Translations under genes and position numbers: made by a program
Assembly: GCA_964615955.1 (NCBI GenBank)
Contig: CAZTUG010000003.1
Span: forward strand, 1,226 to 65,225
DNA from: an uncultured Roseicyclus sp.
GTDB taxonomy: Bacteria; Pseudomonadota; Alphaproteobacteria; Rhodobacterales; Rhodobacteraceae
DNA length: 64,000 nt
Reading direction: 5' to 3'
Shown: positions 34,578 through 44,320 of the stretch, piece after piece
How positions within the stretch are numbered: position 1 is the stretch's first letter
Layout of the letters: the number at the start of each line of letters is the position of its first letter
Notes under the pieces: generated by a model
Told to the model about the DNA's origin: nothing
The model's database searches: none
The model's input: only the letters and a program-made list of their open reading frames with translations

Positions 34578-35866
34578 TCCCGTTCCTGATCTATCTCGGC
34601 ATCTTCGTCGGGGCCTTCGTCATCGTCCGCGTCGTTGCGGGCGGCATCGCGCGCACCGGGTTCTCGTCGCTCAAGACGGTGACCTTCGGCGATGAAAGCG
34701 CCGTGCTGCCCGACCGGCGCGCCTCGGTCATCTCCATCCTGACCTTGTTCTTCCTCTGGGCGACCTTTACCGGCTCGGCCCTGATCCCGTCGTTCCTGCA
34801 CATGCCCGGCCCGCCGCTGGGCCTGCATACGTTCGAACATACGGTCCGGAACGCCGAGGGCGAAACCGACACCGCCACCGTGACATTCCTGCTGTTCGAG
34901 ACCGGCCGCGACGAAGACGGCAACGAACTTCCCGATCCCGAACCGCCCGTGGTGGAACCGGGCGATGGCTTCGCGCGCAACGACAGCCTCGTGATCGAAG
35001 CCTATGGCTCGGAACTGGCGCGGTTGCAGGACAACGACCTGCTGACCCGCGATGACGGCACCACGATCATCGCCGTTAACGGCCAGCCGATAGCGCCGGG
35101 CGATCGGCTGCGGTTCGGTTTCGGCACGGTTTCCATGTCCACGCGCGGGTCGCTCAACATCCTGCCCGACAAGGGCTGGCAGATGGAACCGATCTGGCTG
35201 CCCGCGCCCGAAGCCGTCGCGGTGCGGTTCTGGGACATCCTGTGGAACGGCTTCCGCAACTATTCTCTGGGGCAGCATCTGGGCTATTCGCTGTTTCGCG
35301 TCCTTGCAGGCTTCGCGCTGGGCGCGCTGGTCGGCATCCCGCTTGGCTATGCCATGGGCCTGTCGAACTGGGCGCGCGGCTGGTTCGATCCCATTGTCGA
35401 ATTCATGCGCCCCGTTCCGCCGCTGGCACTGATCCCGCTGGTCATCATCTGGGCCGGCATCGGAGAGCCGGGAAAGATCGTCCTCCTGTTCCTGGCCGCG
35501 CTCTGGATCATGGCGATATCGGCGCGCTCGGGCGTGTCCGGCGTCAGCATCTCCAAGGTTCACGCGGCCTATTCGCTGGGCGCCAGCAAGGCGCAGATCA
35601 TGCGCCATGTCATCGTCCCGAATTCCCTGCCCGAGATCTTCACCGGCGCGCGGGTGGCGATGGGCGTGTGCTGGGGCACCGTAGTCGCGGCGGAGCTGGT
35701 GGCGGCCGAACAGGGCGCGGGCATGATGATCATGGTCGCCTCGCGTTTCCAGAACACCGATATCGTGATCCTCGGCATCATCCTGATCGGCATCATCGGC
35801 TTCGGCATCGATATTCTCATGCGGCTGGCCGAGAAGGCCCTCGTGCCCTGGAAGGGCAAAAGCTGA
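34574..35866 (+). CDS. ABC transporter permease (NitT/TauT family) with ~200-aa N-terminal extension
   Basis: ATGA overlap with the ATPase gene. The C-terminal ~230 aa are TauC/SsuC-like (EAA loop region SLGASKAQIMRHVIVPNSLPEIF). The N-terminal part is two TM segments plus an acidic soluble domain. Confidence 0.85.
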   Translation: MIPFLIYLGIFVGAFVIVRVVAGGIARTGFSSLKTVTFGDESAVLPDRRASVISILTLFFLWATFTGSALIPSFLHMPGPPLGLHTFEHTVRNAEGETDTATVTFLLFETGRDEDGNELPDPEPPVVEPGDGFARNDSLVIEAYGSELARLQDNDLLTRDDGTTIIAVNGQPIAPGDRLRFGFGTVSMSTRGSLNILPDKGWQMEPIWLPAPEAVAVRFWDILWNGFRNYSLGQHLGYSLFRVLAGFALGALVGIPLGYAMGLSNWARGWFDPIVEFMRPVPPLALIPLVIIWAGIGEPGKIVLLFLAALWIMAISARSGVSGVSISKVHAAYSLGASKAQIMRHVIVPNSLPEIFTGARVAMGVCWGTVVAAELVAAEQGAGMMIMVASRFQNTDIVILGIILIGIIGFGIDILMRLAEKALVPWKGKS

Positions 35867-35953
35867 CCCCGTGCCCTGGAAGGGCAAAAGCTGACCCCGT
35901 GCCCTGGGGGGGCAAAAGCTGACCCCGTGCCCTGGAGGGGCAAAAGCTGGCCC
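35843..35953. repeat. 28-bp tandem repeat x4 (GTGCCCTGGAAGGGCAAAAGCTGACCCC) spanning the permease stop codon
   Basis: Copies at 35843, 35871, 35899 and 35927 differ only at GGA(A/G)GGG / GGGGGGG and TGA/TGG. Each unit has a small hairpin GCCC-tggaa-GGGC. Confidence 0.9.
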
Positions 35954-36006
35954 CCTCGATGACGCAGACAGTGGCTTTTGTAACCATTCGCTGCTAGCGG
36001 AGCGTC

Positions 36007-36462
36007 ATGTCCGATGCGCCCTTCCATCTGCCGCATTTCCTGCCCTACCTGCTGAATCAGGCCGCCGAGGCCGCTGGTCAGGAATTCCAGGCCTATTACC
36101 GGGGCCGCTATGGCATGTTGCGGACGGAATGGCGGGTGCTGTTCCACCTCGGATGCTACGGCCCGCTCTCCGCCAGGCGGATCTGCGAGATGGCCTCGAT
36201 CCACAAGACCAAGGTCAGCCGCGCCGTCGCCGCGCTGGAGGCCAAGCGCTACCTCGCGCGCAGCCAGATGGCCGACGACCGGCGGGTGGAGGACTTGTCC
36301 CTCACGCCCGTCGGCCGCGTCGTGTTCGAGGATCTCAGCGGTGCCGCCGCCCGGTTCGAGACCCGGTTGGTCGATGGCCTGACGCCCGAGGAATTGCGCG
36401 TCCTTCGACGCGGACTCTTGAAGTTGTCGCACCTGCCGGATGCGCCGGATCGGCCGTTCTAG
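36007..36462 (+). CDS. MarR family transcriptional regulator
   Basis: 151 aa. Winged helix SARRICEMASIHKTKVSRAVAALEAKRYLARSQMADDRRVEDLSLTPVG. Confidence 0.85.
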   Translation: MSDAPFHLPHFLPYLLNQAAEAAGQEFQAYYRGRYGMLRTEWRVLFHLGCYGPLSARRICEMASIHKTKVSRAVAALEAKRYLARSQMADDRRVEDLSLTPVGRVVFEDLSGAAARFETRLVDGLTPEELRVLRRGLLKLSHLPDAPDRPF

Positions 36463-36583
36463 GCGGTGCTTGATTCGGGCGCTCGACTGGCCCCGTCGCG
36501 GGCGCCCTGTCGCCTCCGCAACCGTGATACGGGGCCTGTGTGCTCCGTTTGATCGTGTCCTCGGGATCCGCGGCGCATGAAAT

Positions 36584-36603
36584 TGATATAGCATTGATAT
36601 ACC
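36584..36603 (-). promoter_or_regulatory. 20-nt motif GGTATATCAATGCTATATCA (copy A, minus orientation)
   Basis: Exact copy of the 20-mer found at 60835-60854. Internal direct repeat TATATCA-N4-TATATCA. Lies ~175 nt upstream of the SBP gene at 36779. Confidence 0.4.
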
Positions 36604-36778
36604 TTCGGACCGGCAAGGACGGTCGGCGGCGGCTTGCCTCCCGTGCCTGCGACGGGGATTGTTCTATCCGGCGCGGTTCGCTGCTTTGCAGCATCATCGG
36701 GCCCGCGCGATAACCTGTGGACGGCACCGCGGGTTGTTTTTATCGTGATGCAAAATAAGACAAATGGGAGGACGACAA

Positions 36779-38047
36779 ATGACCAAACTGCAATCCTTGC
36801 GGCTGACTTGTGCCGCGACTGCGTTGATGGCGGCCAGCGCCGCCTCGGCGGACGAAATCAGCTTTCTGTGCTTCCAGAACGGCGTCGAATGCGACGTTCT
36901 GGCGGGCCTGATCACGGATTTCGAGGCTGAAACCGGCCATACCGTTGCCATGGAAGTCGTGGGCTACGAGATTGTCCGCGATCAACTGGAAAACCAGCTT
37001 CAGACCAACGCAGCACCCGATGTCGCGCGGGTCAACAACCTTGGCGGGTTGAACCAGTATTACCTCGACCTGACGCCCTATGTGGATGTCGATTACATGG
37101 AAAGCGCATATGGCGCGGTCCTGCCTTGGTATCGCGCGCCCGGCGGCGAGGATCAGGGCATCTATGGCTGGCCGATGGAGCTGACGGTGACCGGCCCCTA
37201 TGTCAACGTCACGATGTTCGACGATGCCGGTGTCGAGATGCCGGGCGAGGGAGCCACCTGGGACGATTGGGCCGCGGCACTAGCCGAAGTGCAGGAAACG
37301 CTGGGGATGGATGCCGCCTTGGCGATGGACCGCACCGCGCACCGCTGGGCAGGCCCCGCCTTCTCCTATGGTGCTGCTTTCTTTGACGATTCCGGCGTTC
37401 CGATCCTGGTGGACGACGGCTTCCGCAGCTTTGCGGAAACCTTTGTCGGCTGGCACAGCTCGGGCCTGATGCCCGCCGATGGCTGGCCCGCGGGCACCGG
37501 CACCGCCTACCAGAACGCGGCGCCGCTGTTCCTGTCGGGATCGGTCGCGATGCACATGTCGGGCTCGTGGATGATCTCCAACTACGCGGAGAACATCACC
37601 GATTTCGAATGGCGCGCGGTGCCCGCACCCTGTGGCCCGGGCGGCTGCGGCGCGATGCCGGGCGGAGCCGGAATCGTGGCCTTCTCGTCCACCGATGTGC
37701 CGGAGGCGGCAGCAGCCTTCATCGCCTTCCTGGCGGCCGAGGACAACGCCGCGCGCTACGCCGCCGAGACACGGTCCATCACGGCGCATTCCGGCTTGCA
37801 GGCAGCGGGTGTCGACTATGGCGACACGGACCCGGCGGTCGCCGCAGCCTTGTCGACCTTCGCAACCTCGATCGCCCGCGCGGCCGAGACCACGCCCCAG
37901 GCCTTCACGTTCCAGGGCTATACCAAGAACTTCGTGATCTATGGCATCGTGCCCGACTACATCACGCAGGCGATCACCGGCGCAATGTCCCTCGACGACG
38001 CGCTGGCGGCAATCGATGCGGACGTCGCGGCGCAGATCGCGGAGTAA
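36779..38047 (+). CDS. ABC transporter substrate-binding protein (carbohydrate, family 1)
   Basis: ATG at 36779, after GGGAGGA. Signal peptide MTKLQSLRLTCAATALMAASAASA. Confidence 0.85.
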   Translation: MTKLQSLRLTCAATALMAASAASADEISFLCFQNGVECDVLAGLITDFEAETGHTVAMEVVGYEIVRDQLENQLQTNAAPDVARVNNLGGLNQYYLDLTPYVDVDYMESAYGAVLPWYRAPGGEDQGIYGWPMELTVTGPYVNVTMFDDAGVEMPGEGATWDDWAAALAEVQETLGMDAALAMDRTAHRWAGPAFSYGAAFFDDSGVPILVDDGFRSFAETFVGWHSSGLMPADGWPAGTGTAYQNAAPLFLSGSVAMHMSGSWMISNYAENITDFEWRAVPAPCGPGGCGAMPGGAGIVAFSSTDVPEAAAAFIAFLAAEDNAARYAAETRSITAHSGLQAAGVDYGDTDPAVAAALSTFATSIARAAETTPQAFTFQGYTKNFVIYGIVPDYITQAITGAMSLDDALAAIDADVAAQIAE

Positions 38048-38068
38048 AGGCAAGAGCGGGCCGGGCCG

Positions 38069-39130
38069 ATGTGGAACGCCATTCACAATGCTTTCGCAGG
38101 CTCGGCGTGGCCCCTTGGCTTTCTCGTCTATCTGGTCGTGGGGGCGGTCATTGCCCGCCCCCGAGGCACCCTGGGTGCTCGCGCAATGGCCATTCTGGGT
38201 TGGCCGATCGAACTGGCGCAGAAGCTGCGCGGCCACGGACCGCTGCCCTACCTGTTCCTGCTGCCGAACCTGCTGGTGTTCGGCATCTTCACCTTCGCGC
38301 CGCTGTTCATCAACGTAGGTTTCAGCTTCACCGAAGGCCAGTCGATCAACTTCGCCGACCGCCCCTTCGCGGGCACCGACAACTGGCAACGCCTGCTGGC
38401 GGAAACGCAGATCGACACCGGCGCCGCCAATCTCGAGGACGACAAGTTCTACCGCGCGGTCATGGATACATCGGTTTTCGTGATCTTTCAGGTGCCGATC
38501 ATGGTGCTGTTCTCGTTGATCACGGCGCTGGTTCTGAACCGCGACATCGTCGCACGCGGGTTCTGGCGGTCGATCTTCTTCTACCCTGTCATGCTGTCGC
38601 CCGTCGTTGTCGGCTTCCTCTGGACGTTGATCCTGAAACGTCAGGGGCTCATGACGGTTACCCTGATGGAATGGGGTTGGATCGACGCGCCGATTCAATG
38701 GCTTGTGGACCCGGCCTGGACGATGTTCTGGTCCGTTTTCGTCTATACTTGGGCGCATCTCGGCTTCTACATGCTGATCCTTCTGGCGGGTCTTCAGGCG
38801 ATCCCCGGCGATCTTTATGAAGCCGCCGAGATGGACGGCGCCTCGCCCTGGCGCGTGCTGCGCAAGATCACCCTGCCGTTGCTGATGCCGACGCTGCTGG
38901 TCGTCACGGTGCTGTCTCTCATCAAGGCATTCCAGGCGTTCGAGGAGCTTTACGCGATGCAGGTCGGCTGGATCTCCATCGTGGCCTATATCTTCGAGAC
39001 GGCGGGCCTGCGTGGCCAGACCACGACCCACGGGCTTGGCGTTGCGGCCACGGCTTCGCTTCTTATCGCGGGAGCTTTGGCTGTCTTGTCGGTGATCCAG
39101 ATCTTCCTGTCCGGACGGAGCGCGAGATGA
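38069..39130 (+). CDS. carbohydrate ABC transporter permease (MalF/UgpA-like)
   Basis: 353 aa. YLFLLPNLLVFGIFTFAPL and EAA motif YEAAEMDGASPWRVLRKITLPLLMP. Confidence 0.85.
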   Translation: MWNAIHNAFAGSAWPLGFLVYLVVGAVIARPRGTLGARAMAILGWPIELAQKLRGHGPLPYLFLLPNLLVFGIFTFAPLFINVGFSFTEGQSINFADRPFAGTDNWQRLLAETQIDTGAANLEDDKFYRAVMDTSVFVIFQVPIMVLFSLITALVLNRDIVARGFWRSIFFYPVMLSPVVVGFLWTLILKRQGLMTVTLMEWGWIDAPIQWLVDPAWTMFWSVFVYTWAHLGFYMLILLAGLQAIPGDLYEAAEMDGASPWRVLRKITLPLLMPTLLVVTVLSLIKAFQAFEELYAMQVGWISIVAYIFETAGLRGQTTTHGLGVAATASLLIAGALAVLSVIQIFLSGRSAR

Positions 39131-40563
39131 GCGCGGTATGGGACTTCCTCAGCCGCCGTCAGGGGCGAGACAAGCTGACCTTCGTGGATTGGCTGTCCTA
39201 TGCCTACCTTGTGTTCGGCTTCCTCGTGATCCTTGTCCCGGTCCTGTGGCTGGGGTTGAATTCGGTCAAGACACAGTTCCAGATCGAAAGCCAGGACCTG
39301 TCCCTGCTGCCGGGCGACTATGATCGCGTCGCTCGCGCCACTGTGAATGGTCCTGACGGCCGCGAGATTTTCGTCGTCGCGGATATCCCGGATTGGGTTC
39401 TGAACTGGACCGATCTGACGCTCGACGAACGGGCGGATCAGGATGTGGAGGGCTTCCTCGCCGGTCTGGAGGGCAACACGCTCTACGCTCTCCGCTCCCA
39501 TCTGGGGCAAGTCTCCAATGCTGCGCGGGCGCTGGTCGCCGAGGAAGGGCTGCCGGACTGGCTCAATCGATACGGCGCGCTGACGCCGCAGGCGCGGGAG
39601 GCGTTCGACGTGGACGCCGTGATGAATGGCCTGGACGTCGACGAACAACGCCTGATCGGAGAGTATCTGGGCGTCGGTCCCTACCAGCCCAATGCCATCG
39701 TCACGCAAGTGCTGGTCACCGCCCCCCATCCCGACACTGGCGAAGTGATGCAATGGGCCGTTCCCAATGTCAGCGCCACATCCGCGTTCTATCCCGGTCG
39801 CGCCGTCAATGGCAGCGTGGATGGCGTCGTGCGCCTTCCCGCCGATACCGTCACCGCGAACCGAAATATCGCGCCCGACTGGCGCAATTATCTGGAGCCG
39901 CTGACGGGCACCGCCTATGGCGTGAACGTGGATTTTGCCACCTGCATCACGAATTCGGTTCTGGTGACGGTGATCGCCACGCTGATGACACTGCTGATCA
40001 ACTCCATGGCCGCCTTCGCTCTCTCGAAATACACCTTCCGGGGGCAGACGCTGTTCTTGGCGGTGATCCTTGCGACGCTGATGGTGCCGGCCACGATCAC
40101 GCTGGTGGGTGTGTTCAAGGCGATCCATGCGACGGGTCTTTCCGGTTCCATCTGGGGCGTCATCATACCCGGCGCCGCGACACCGGCGGGCGTCTTCCTG
40201 CTGCGGCAATACATGCTGACGATCCCCGAGGAATTGCTGGAAGCGGCAAGGATGGACAGCGCGTCGGAATGGAAGGTGTATTGGCGGATCGTGCTGCCGC
40301 TGGCCCTTCCGGCCATTGCCGCGCTTGGCATCCTGTCGATCATCTGGCGCTGGAACGACTTGATCATTCCGATGGTCGCCATCGCAACGAACACCGAGGC
40401 CTACACGATCCAGTTATGCCTGCTGGAATTCCGGGGCGAGCATATCAGCCAGGAGCATTACCGGCTGGCCATGACGGTCGTGAGCCTGATCCCGACCACG
40501 CTGGTCTTCGTCTTCCTGCAAAAATACATCACCACCGGTATCGCCAATACCGGCATGAAATGA
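39127..40563 (+). CDS. carbohydrate ABC transporter permease (MalG/UgpE-like) with ~200-aa periplasmic insertion
   Basis: 478 aa. EAA motif LEAARMDSASEWKVYWRIVLPLALP. A long soluble segment follows TM1 (about 39230-39900). Confidence 0.85.
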   Translation: MSAVWDFLSRRQGRDKLTFVDWLSYAYLVFGFLVILVPVLWLGLNSVKTQFQIESQDLSLLPGDYDRVARATVNGPDGREIFVVADIPDWVLNWTDLTLDERADQDVEGFLAGLEGNTLYALRSHLGQVSNAARALVAEEGLPDWLNRYGALTPQAREAFDVDAVMNGLDVDEQRLIGEYLGVGPYQPNAIVTQVLVTAPHPDTGEVMQWAVPNVSATSAFYPGRAVNGSVDGVVRLPADTVTANRNIAPDWRNYLEPLTGTAYGVNVDFATCITNSVLVTVIATLMTLLINSMAAFALSKYTFRGQTLFLAVILATLMVPATITLVGVFKAIHATGLSGSIWGVIIPGAATPAGVFLLRQYMLTIPEELLEAARMDSASEWKVYWRIVLPLALPAIAALGILSIIWRWNDLIIPMVAIATNTEAYTIQLCLLEFRGEHISQEHYRLAMTVVSLIPTTLVFVFLQKYITTGIANTGMK

Positions 40564-40606
40564 CCTCCCTCGAGCAGCGAAGCGATAGGGAAAGAAGGAA
40601 ACGCTT

Positions 40607-41680
40607 ATGGCCCTGCTAGAACTCCGCGACGTGAAGAAGGCCTATGGAGAGGTGGAGGTGATCCACGGTATCGACATCACGGTGAAGTCGGGGGACTTCT
40701 GCGTGTTCGTCGGCCCGTCGGGTTGCGGAAAATCGACATTGCTGCGGATGATCGCGGGGCTGGAAAAGATCAGCGGTGGCCAGATCGCGATTGACGACGA
40801 GGTGCTGAACCATGTGCCGGCCTCCAAGCGCGGGCTGGCGATGGTGTTCCAGAGCTATGCGCTCTACCCCCATATGTCCGTGCGCAACAACCTGTCCTTC
40901 GGCTTGGAGAATGTCGGCATGCCCCGCGCCGAGATCGATACCCGCGTGTCCGAGGCCGCGCGGATGTTGCAGATCGACGAATACCTCGACCGTCGCCCCG
41001 GCCAGCTTTCGGGCGGCCAACGCCAGCGCGTCGCCATTGGCCGCGCCGTCGTGCGCGAGCCGCGTGTCTTCTTGTTCGACGAACCGTTGTCGAACCTCGA
41101 TGCAGAGCTGCGGGTGGCCACGCGAGGCGAGATCAGCGAATTGCACCAGCGCCTTGGCAATACCATGGTTTACGTCACCCACGATCAGGTCGAAGCGATG
41201 ACCATGGCCGACAAGATCGCCGTGCTGCGGGCCGGGCGGCTGGAACAATTCGGTCCGCCGCTTCAGCTCTACAACCATCCCGCGAACCGGTTCGTCGCGG
41301 GCTTCATCGGCTCGCCCAAGATGAACTTCATCCGGGGTGTGATGGGGGAAGGGGGGCTGTTCGTGTCCGAAGGTGGGGCCGAGGTGGCGATGGACCCAGG
41401 CCGTTTCAACGTCCATCCCGGACAAGATGTCGAACTCGGTATCCGCCCCGGCCATACCAAACCGGCCGATGGTGCAGGCGTGCCGCTTCAGGTGCGCGCG
41501 GTTGAGCAGTTGGGGACGGAAACCTTCGTCTATGGTGCCGTCGCGGGGGCGGACGACTTCGCCATGCAGCTTCCGGGTCAGGTGGCGATCAGCGCGAAGA
41601 CGACGCTGCAAGTGGCGATCGACGCTGGCGCGGCGCATGTGTTCGACCACAAGACCGGCCTCAGTTGCGCCAGACGGTGA
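40607..41680 (+). CDS. ABC transporter ATP-binding protein (MalK/UgpC type)
   Basis: 357 aa. [33 protein letters not shown], and a C-terminal TOBE-like domain. Confidence 0.9.
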   Translation: MALLELRDVKKAYGEVEVIHGIDITVKSGDFCVFVGPSGCGKSTLLRMIAGLEKISGGQIAIDDEVLNHVPASKRGLAMVFQSYALYPHMSVRNNLSFGLENVGMPRAEIDTRVSEAARMLQIDEYLDRRPGQLSGGQRQRVAIGRAVVREPRVFLFDEPLSNLDAELRVATRGEISELHQRLGNTMVYVTHDQVEAMTMADKIAVLRAGRLEQFGPPLQLYNHPANRFVAGFIGSPKMNFIRGVMGEGGLFVSEGGAEVAMDPGRFNVHPGQDVELGIRPGHTKPADGAGVPLQVRAVEQLGTETFVYGAVAGADDFAMQLPGQVAISAKTTLQVAIDAGAAHVFDHKTGLSCARR

Positions 41681-41721
41681 CCCTTGACTCTCAGTCAGCA
41701 AACTTCCAAGACATTCGCGAA

Positions 41722-41735
41722 TAGGAACGTTCCAA
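41722..41735. promoter_or_regulatory. LacI-type operator candidate TAGGAACGTTCCAA
   Basis: 12/14 match to the perfect palindrome at 52191. Lies 20 nt upstream of the Gfo/Idh/MocA start. Confidence 0.45.
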
Positions 41736-41754
41736 AATTGGGAGACGAACGCGC

Positions 41755-42747
41755 ATGCGGTGGGGACTGATCGGCGCGAGCACAATCGCGGCAGAGCATA
41801 TGATCGGAGCCATCCGCGCATCGGGCGGTCAGATCGAAACAGTCCTCAGTTCCAGTACTGATCGGGCCGCCAGCTACGCCGCGACCCATGCAATCGGCCG
41901 TGGCGTGACAGATCTGGACGCCGCAATGGACGGCGTTGACGCCGTTTACATCTCTACCACGAACGAGAAGCACTTCCCGCAAGCCATGGCCGCGATTGCT
42001 GCGGGAAAGCATGTGCTGTGCGAGAAGCCCCTTGCGATGGGCGTCGCAGATGCCGTCACCATGGTGCGCGCTGCAAAGGCGGCCGACGTGACCTTCGCCA
42101 CGAACCACCACCTGCGCAATGCGGGCTCACATCTGGCGATCCGGGATGCGATCCGGGCAGGCCGCATCGGAGACGTGCTTTCGATCCGCGTGTTCCACGC
42201 CGTGCACCTCCCGCCGCATCTGCAGGGCTGGCGCATCGACAACCCGGCAGCAGGTGGCGGGGTGATCCCCGACATTACTGTCCACGATGCGGATACGGTC
42301 CGTTTCCATCTGGACGAGGATCCTGTCGACGTGGTTGCCATTAAAACCACCAGCGGATTGGGGCGGGGAGTGGAAGACAGCGCCATGTCCGTATGGTCCA
42401 TGCCCTCTGGTGCCATGGTGCAAAGCCATGAGAGCTTCACCCATCCTTTCGCCGGTTCCGGGATCGAATGTCACGGAACCAAGGGTTCGATCTTTGCGCG
42501 GGGTGTAATGACACAGCAGCCCGTGGGAGAGGTCGTCTTGCGGACGGAGGCGGGGGAAGAGGCATTGTCCTATGCCCTCCACGGCCTCTACGATCGCGCT
42601 TTGGACCTGTTCGCCAAGGCCTGCGCTGGGCAGGGGCGCCCCTCTGCCGATGGCGCCGATGGTGTCAAATCTCTCGCTGTCGCCATGGCTGTCGCGACGG
42701 CAGCCGAAACAGGCCGTCGCGTGGCCGTCGATTATGGCGGGATCTGA
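41755..42747 (+). CDS. Gfo/Idh/MocA family oxidoreductase
   Basis: 330 aa. MRWGLIGASTIAAEHM (Rossmann) and EKPLA motif (CEKPLAM). Confidence 0.9.
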   Translation: MRWGLIGASTIAAEHMIGAIRASGGQIETVLSSSTDRAASYAATHAIGRGVTDLDAAMDGVDAVYISTTNEKHFPQAMAAIAAGKHVLCEKPLAMGVADAVTMVRAAKAADVTFATNHHLRNAGSHLAIRDAIRAGRIGDVLSIRVFHAVHLPPHLQGWRIDNPAAGGGVIPDITVHDADTVRFHLDEDPVDVVAIKTTSGLGRGVEDSAMSVWSMPSGAMVQSHESFTHPFAGSGIECHGTKGSIFARGVMTQQPVGEVVLRTEAGEEALSYALHGLYDRALDLFAKACAGQGRPSADGADGVKSLAVAMAVATAAETGRRVAVDYGGI

Positions 42748-42748
42748 G

Positions 42749-44320
42749 ATGGTGAAGATCGTGACCGGGGCCGAGGCCGTTGCGCGCATCAGGGACGGTG
42801 CAGTCGTGACCGTTTCCAGTTCGTCAGCGCTTGGGTGTCCGGATGCGGTGTTGCAGGCCCTAGGAGAGCGGTTCGACGCCGAAGGCCACCCGAGGGGCCT
42901 GACCACGCTCCACCCCATCGCGGCGGGGGACATGTATGGCGTGAAGGGCGTGGATCATATCGCCAAGGACGGATTGCTGTCGCGGATCATCGGTGGGTCA
43001 TATCCATCGGGCCCGTCGAACCTGCCGATGCCCGCGATCTGGGCCATGGTCATGGAGGATCGCGTGGCCGCCTACAACGTGCCCTCCGGCATCCTGTATG
43101 ACATGCACCGCGACGTGGCCGCGCGCCGCCCCGGCGTGCTGACGCAGGTGGGGTTGGAGACGTTCGTGGACCCGGTCCGCGAGGGCTGCGCGATGAACGC
43201 GGTGGCCGCGCAAGCGCCGATCGTGTCCCGCGTGCAATTCGCCGGAGACACCTGGCTGCACTTCCCCAATATCGTGCCGGATGTCTGCATTCTGCGCGCC
43301 ACCACCGCGGATGAGCGCGGCAACCTGACCTATGAGCACGAGGGCGCGTATCTGGGCGGTCTCGATCAGGCCATCGCCACGCGCAACCATGGCGGGCTGG
43401 TGATCGCGCAGGTCAAACGGGTGACCGCAGGGGGCTCGCTTCGGCCCCATGATGTGCATGTGCCCGGACATCTGGTGGACCTGATCGTGGTGGCCCCGGA
43501 TCAGAAGCAGACCACCGAAACGCCTTACGACCCTGCGATCTCGGGCGAGGTGATGCGACCATGGTCGTCCTTCTCGCTGGCGGAACACGGGGTGGAAAAG
43601 ATCATCGCCCGGCGCGCCGCGATGGAATTGCGGCGCGGGATGACGGCCAATCTGGGCTTCGGCATCTCGGCCATGGTGCCGCGCATCTTGCTGGAGGAAG
43701 GTGCCCATGATGCGGTGACATGGGCCATCGAACAGGGTGCCGTGGGCGGCATGCCCCTGACCGGCTTCGCCTTTGGCTGCGCGTCGAACGCCGATGCCTT
43801 CGTGCCGTCGCCACAGCAGTTCAGCTATTTCCAGGGCGGCGGCTTCGATGTGTCGTTCCTGTCTTTCATGGAGGTCGATGTGGACGGGAATGTGAATGTC
43901 TCGAAGCTGGGCAAGAAGCCGTATCTGACGGCAGGCTGCGGGGGCTTCGTGGATATCACGGCGAATGCGAAGAAGATCGTCTTCAGCGGCTATTTCGAAG
44001 CGGGCGCGCAGTTGGAGATCACTGACGAGGGCCTGCGCGTGGTCTCCCCGGGCAAATTCACAAAGATGGTGGAAGCGGTCGAACACGTGACCTTCGCGGG
44101 CCGAAGGGCAAAGGCGCGTGGGGCCGATGTGCTCTATGTCACCGAGCGCTGCGTGATGCGGTTGGGTGACAAGGGTCTTGTCGCTGTGGAGATCATGCCG
44201 GGGATCGATCCCGCGCGCGACATCGTGGCGGCATCAGATGGTCGCGTTGCGGTGGCGGAGGACGCGCAGATACTGCCGCTTGGTGTCCTGCGCGATGCGC
44301 CGATGGGATTGCAGTTATGA
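42749..44320 (+). CDS. acyl-CoA:acetate/3-ketoacid CoA-transferase family protein (fused A/B, YdiF-like)
   Basis: ATG at 42749. MVKIVTGAEAVARIRDGAVV..., ERGNLTYEHEG (catalytic Glu region), GGMPL..GCGGFVDI. Confidence 0.85.
   Translation: MVKIVTGAEAVARIRDGAVVTVSSSSALGCPDAVLQALGERFDAEGHPRGLTTLHPIAAGDMYGVKGVDHIAKDGLLSRIIGGSYPSGPSNLPMPAIWAMVMEDRVAAYNVPSGILYDMHRDVAARRPGVLTQVGLETFVDPVREGCAMNAVAAQAPIVSRVQFAGDTWLHFPNIVPDVCILRATTADERGNLTYEHEGAYLGGLDQAIATRNHGGLVIAQVKRVTAGGSLRPHDVHVPGHLVDLIVVAPDQKQTTETPYDPAISGEVMRPWSSFSLAEHGVEKIIARRAAMELRRGMTANLGFGISAMVPRILLEEGAHDAVTWAIEQGAVGGMPLTGFAFGCASNADAFVPSPQQFSYFQGGGFDVSFLSFMEVDVDGNVNVSKLGKKPYLTAGCGGFVDITANAKKIVFSGYFEAGAQLEITDEGLRVVSPGKFTKMVEAVEHVTFAGRRAKARGADVLYVTERCVMRLGDKGLVAVEIMPGIDPARDIVAASDGRVAVAEDAQILPLGVLRDAPMGLQL

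Noticed and set aside
35843-35953. CRISPR array
   Set aside because: The 28-bp units are directly adjacent with no spacers, there are only four copies, and no cas genes are present in the window.
34169-39031. Minus-strand ORFs of 572 aa (34169..35887), 341 aa (35569..36594) and 583 aa (37280..39031)
   Set aside because: They are antisense to the ABC ATPase/permease, MarR and SBP/permease genes, with the composition typical of shadow ORFs.
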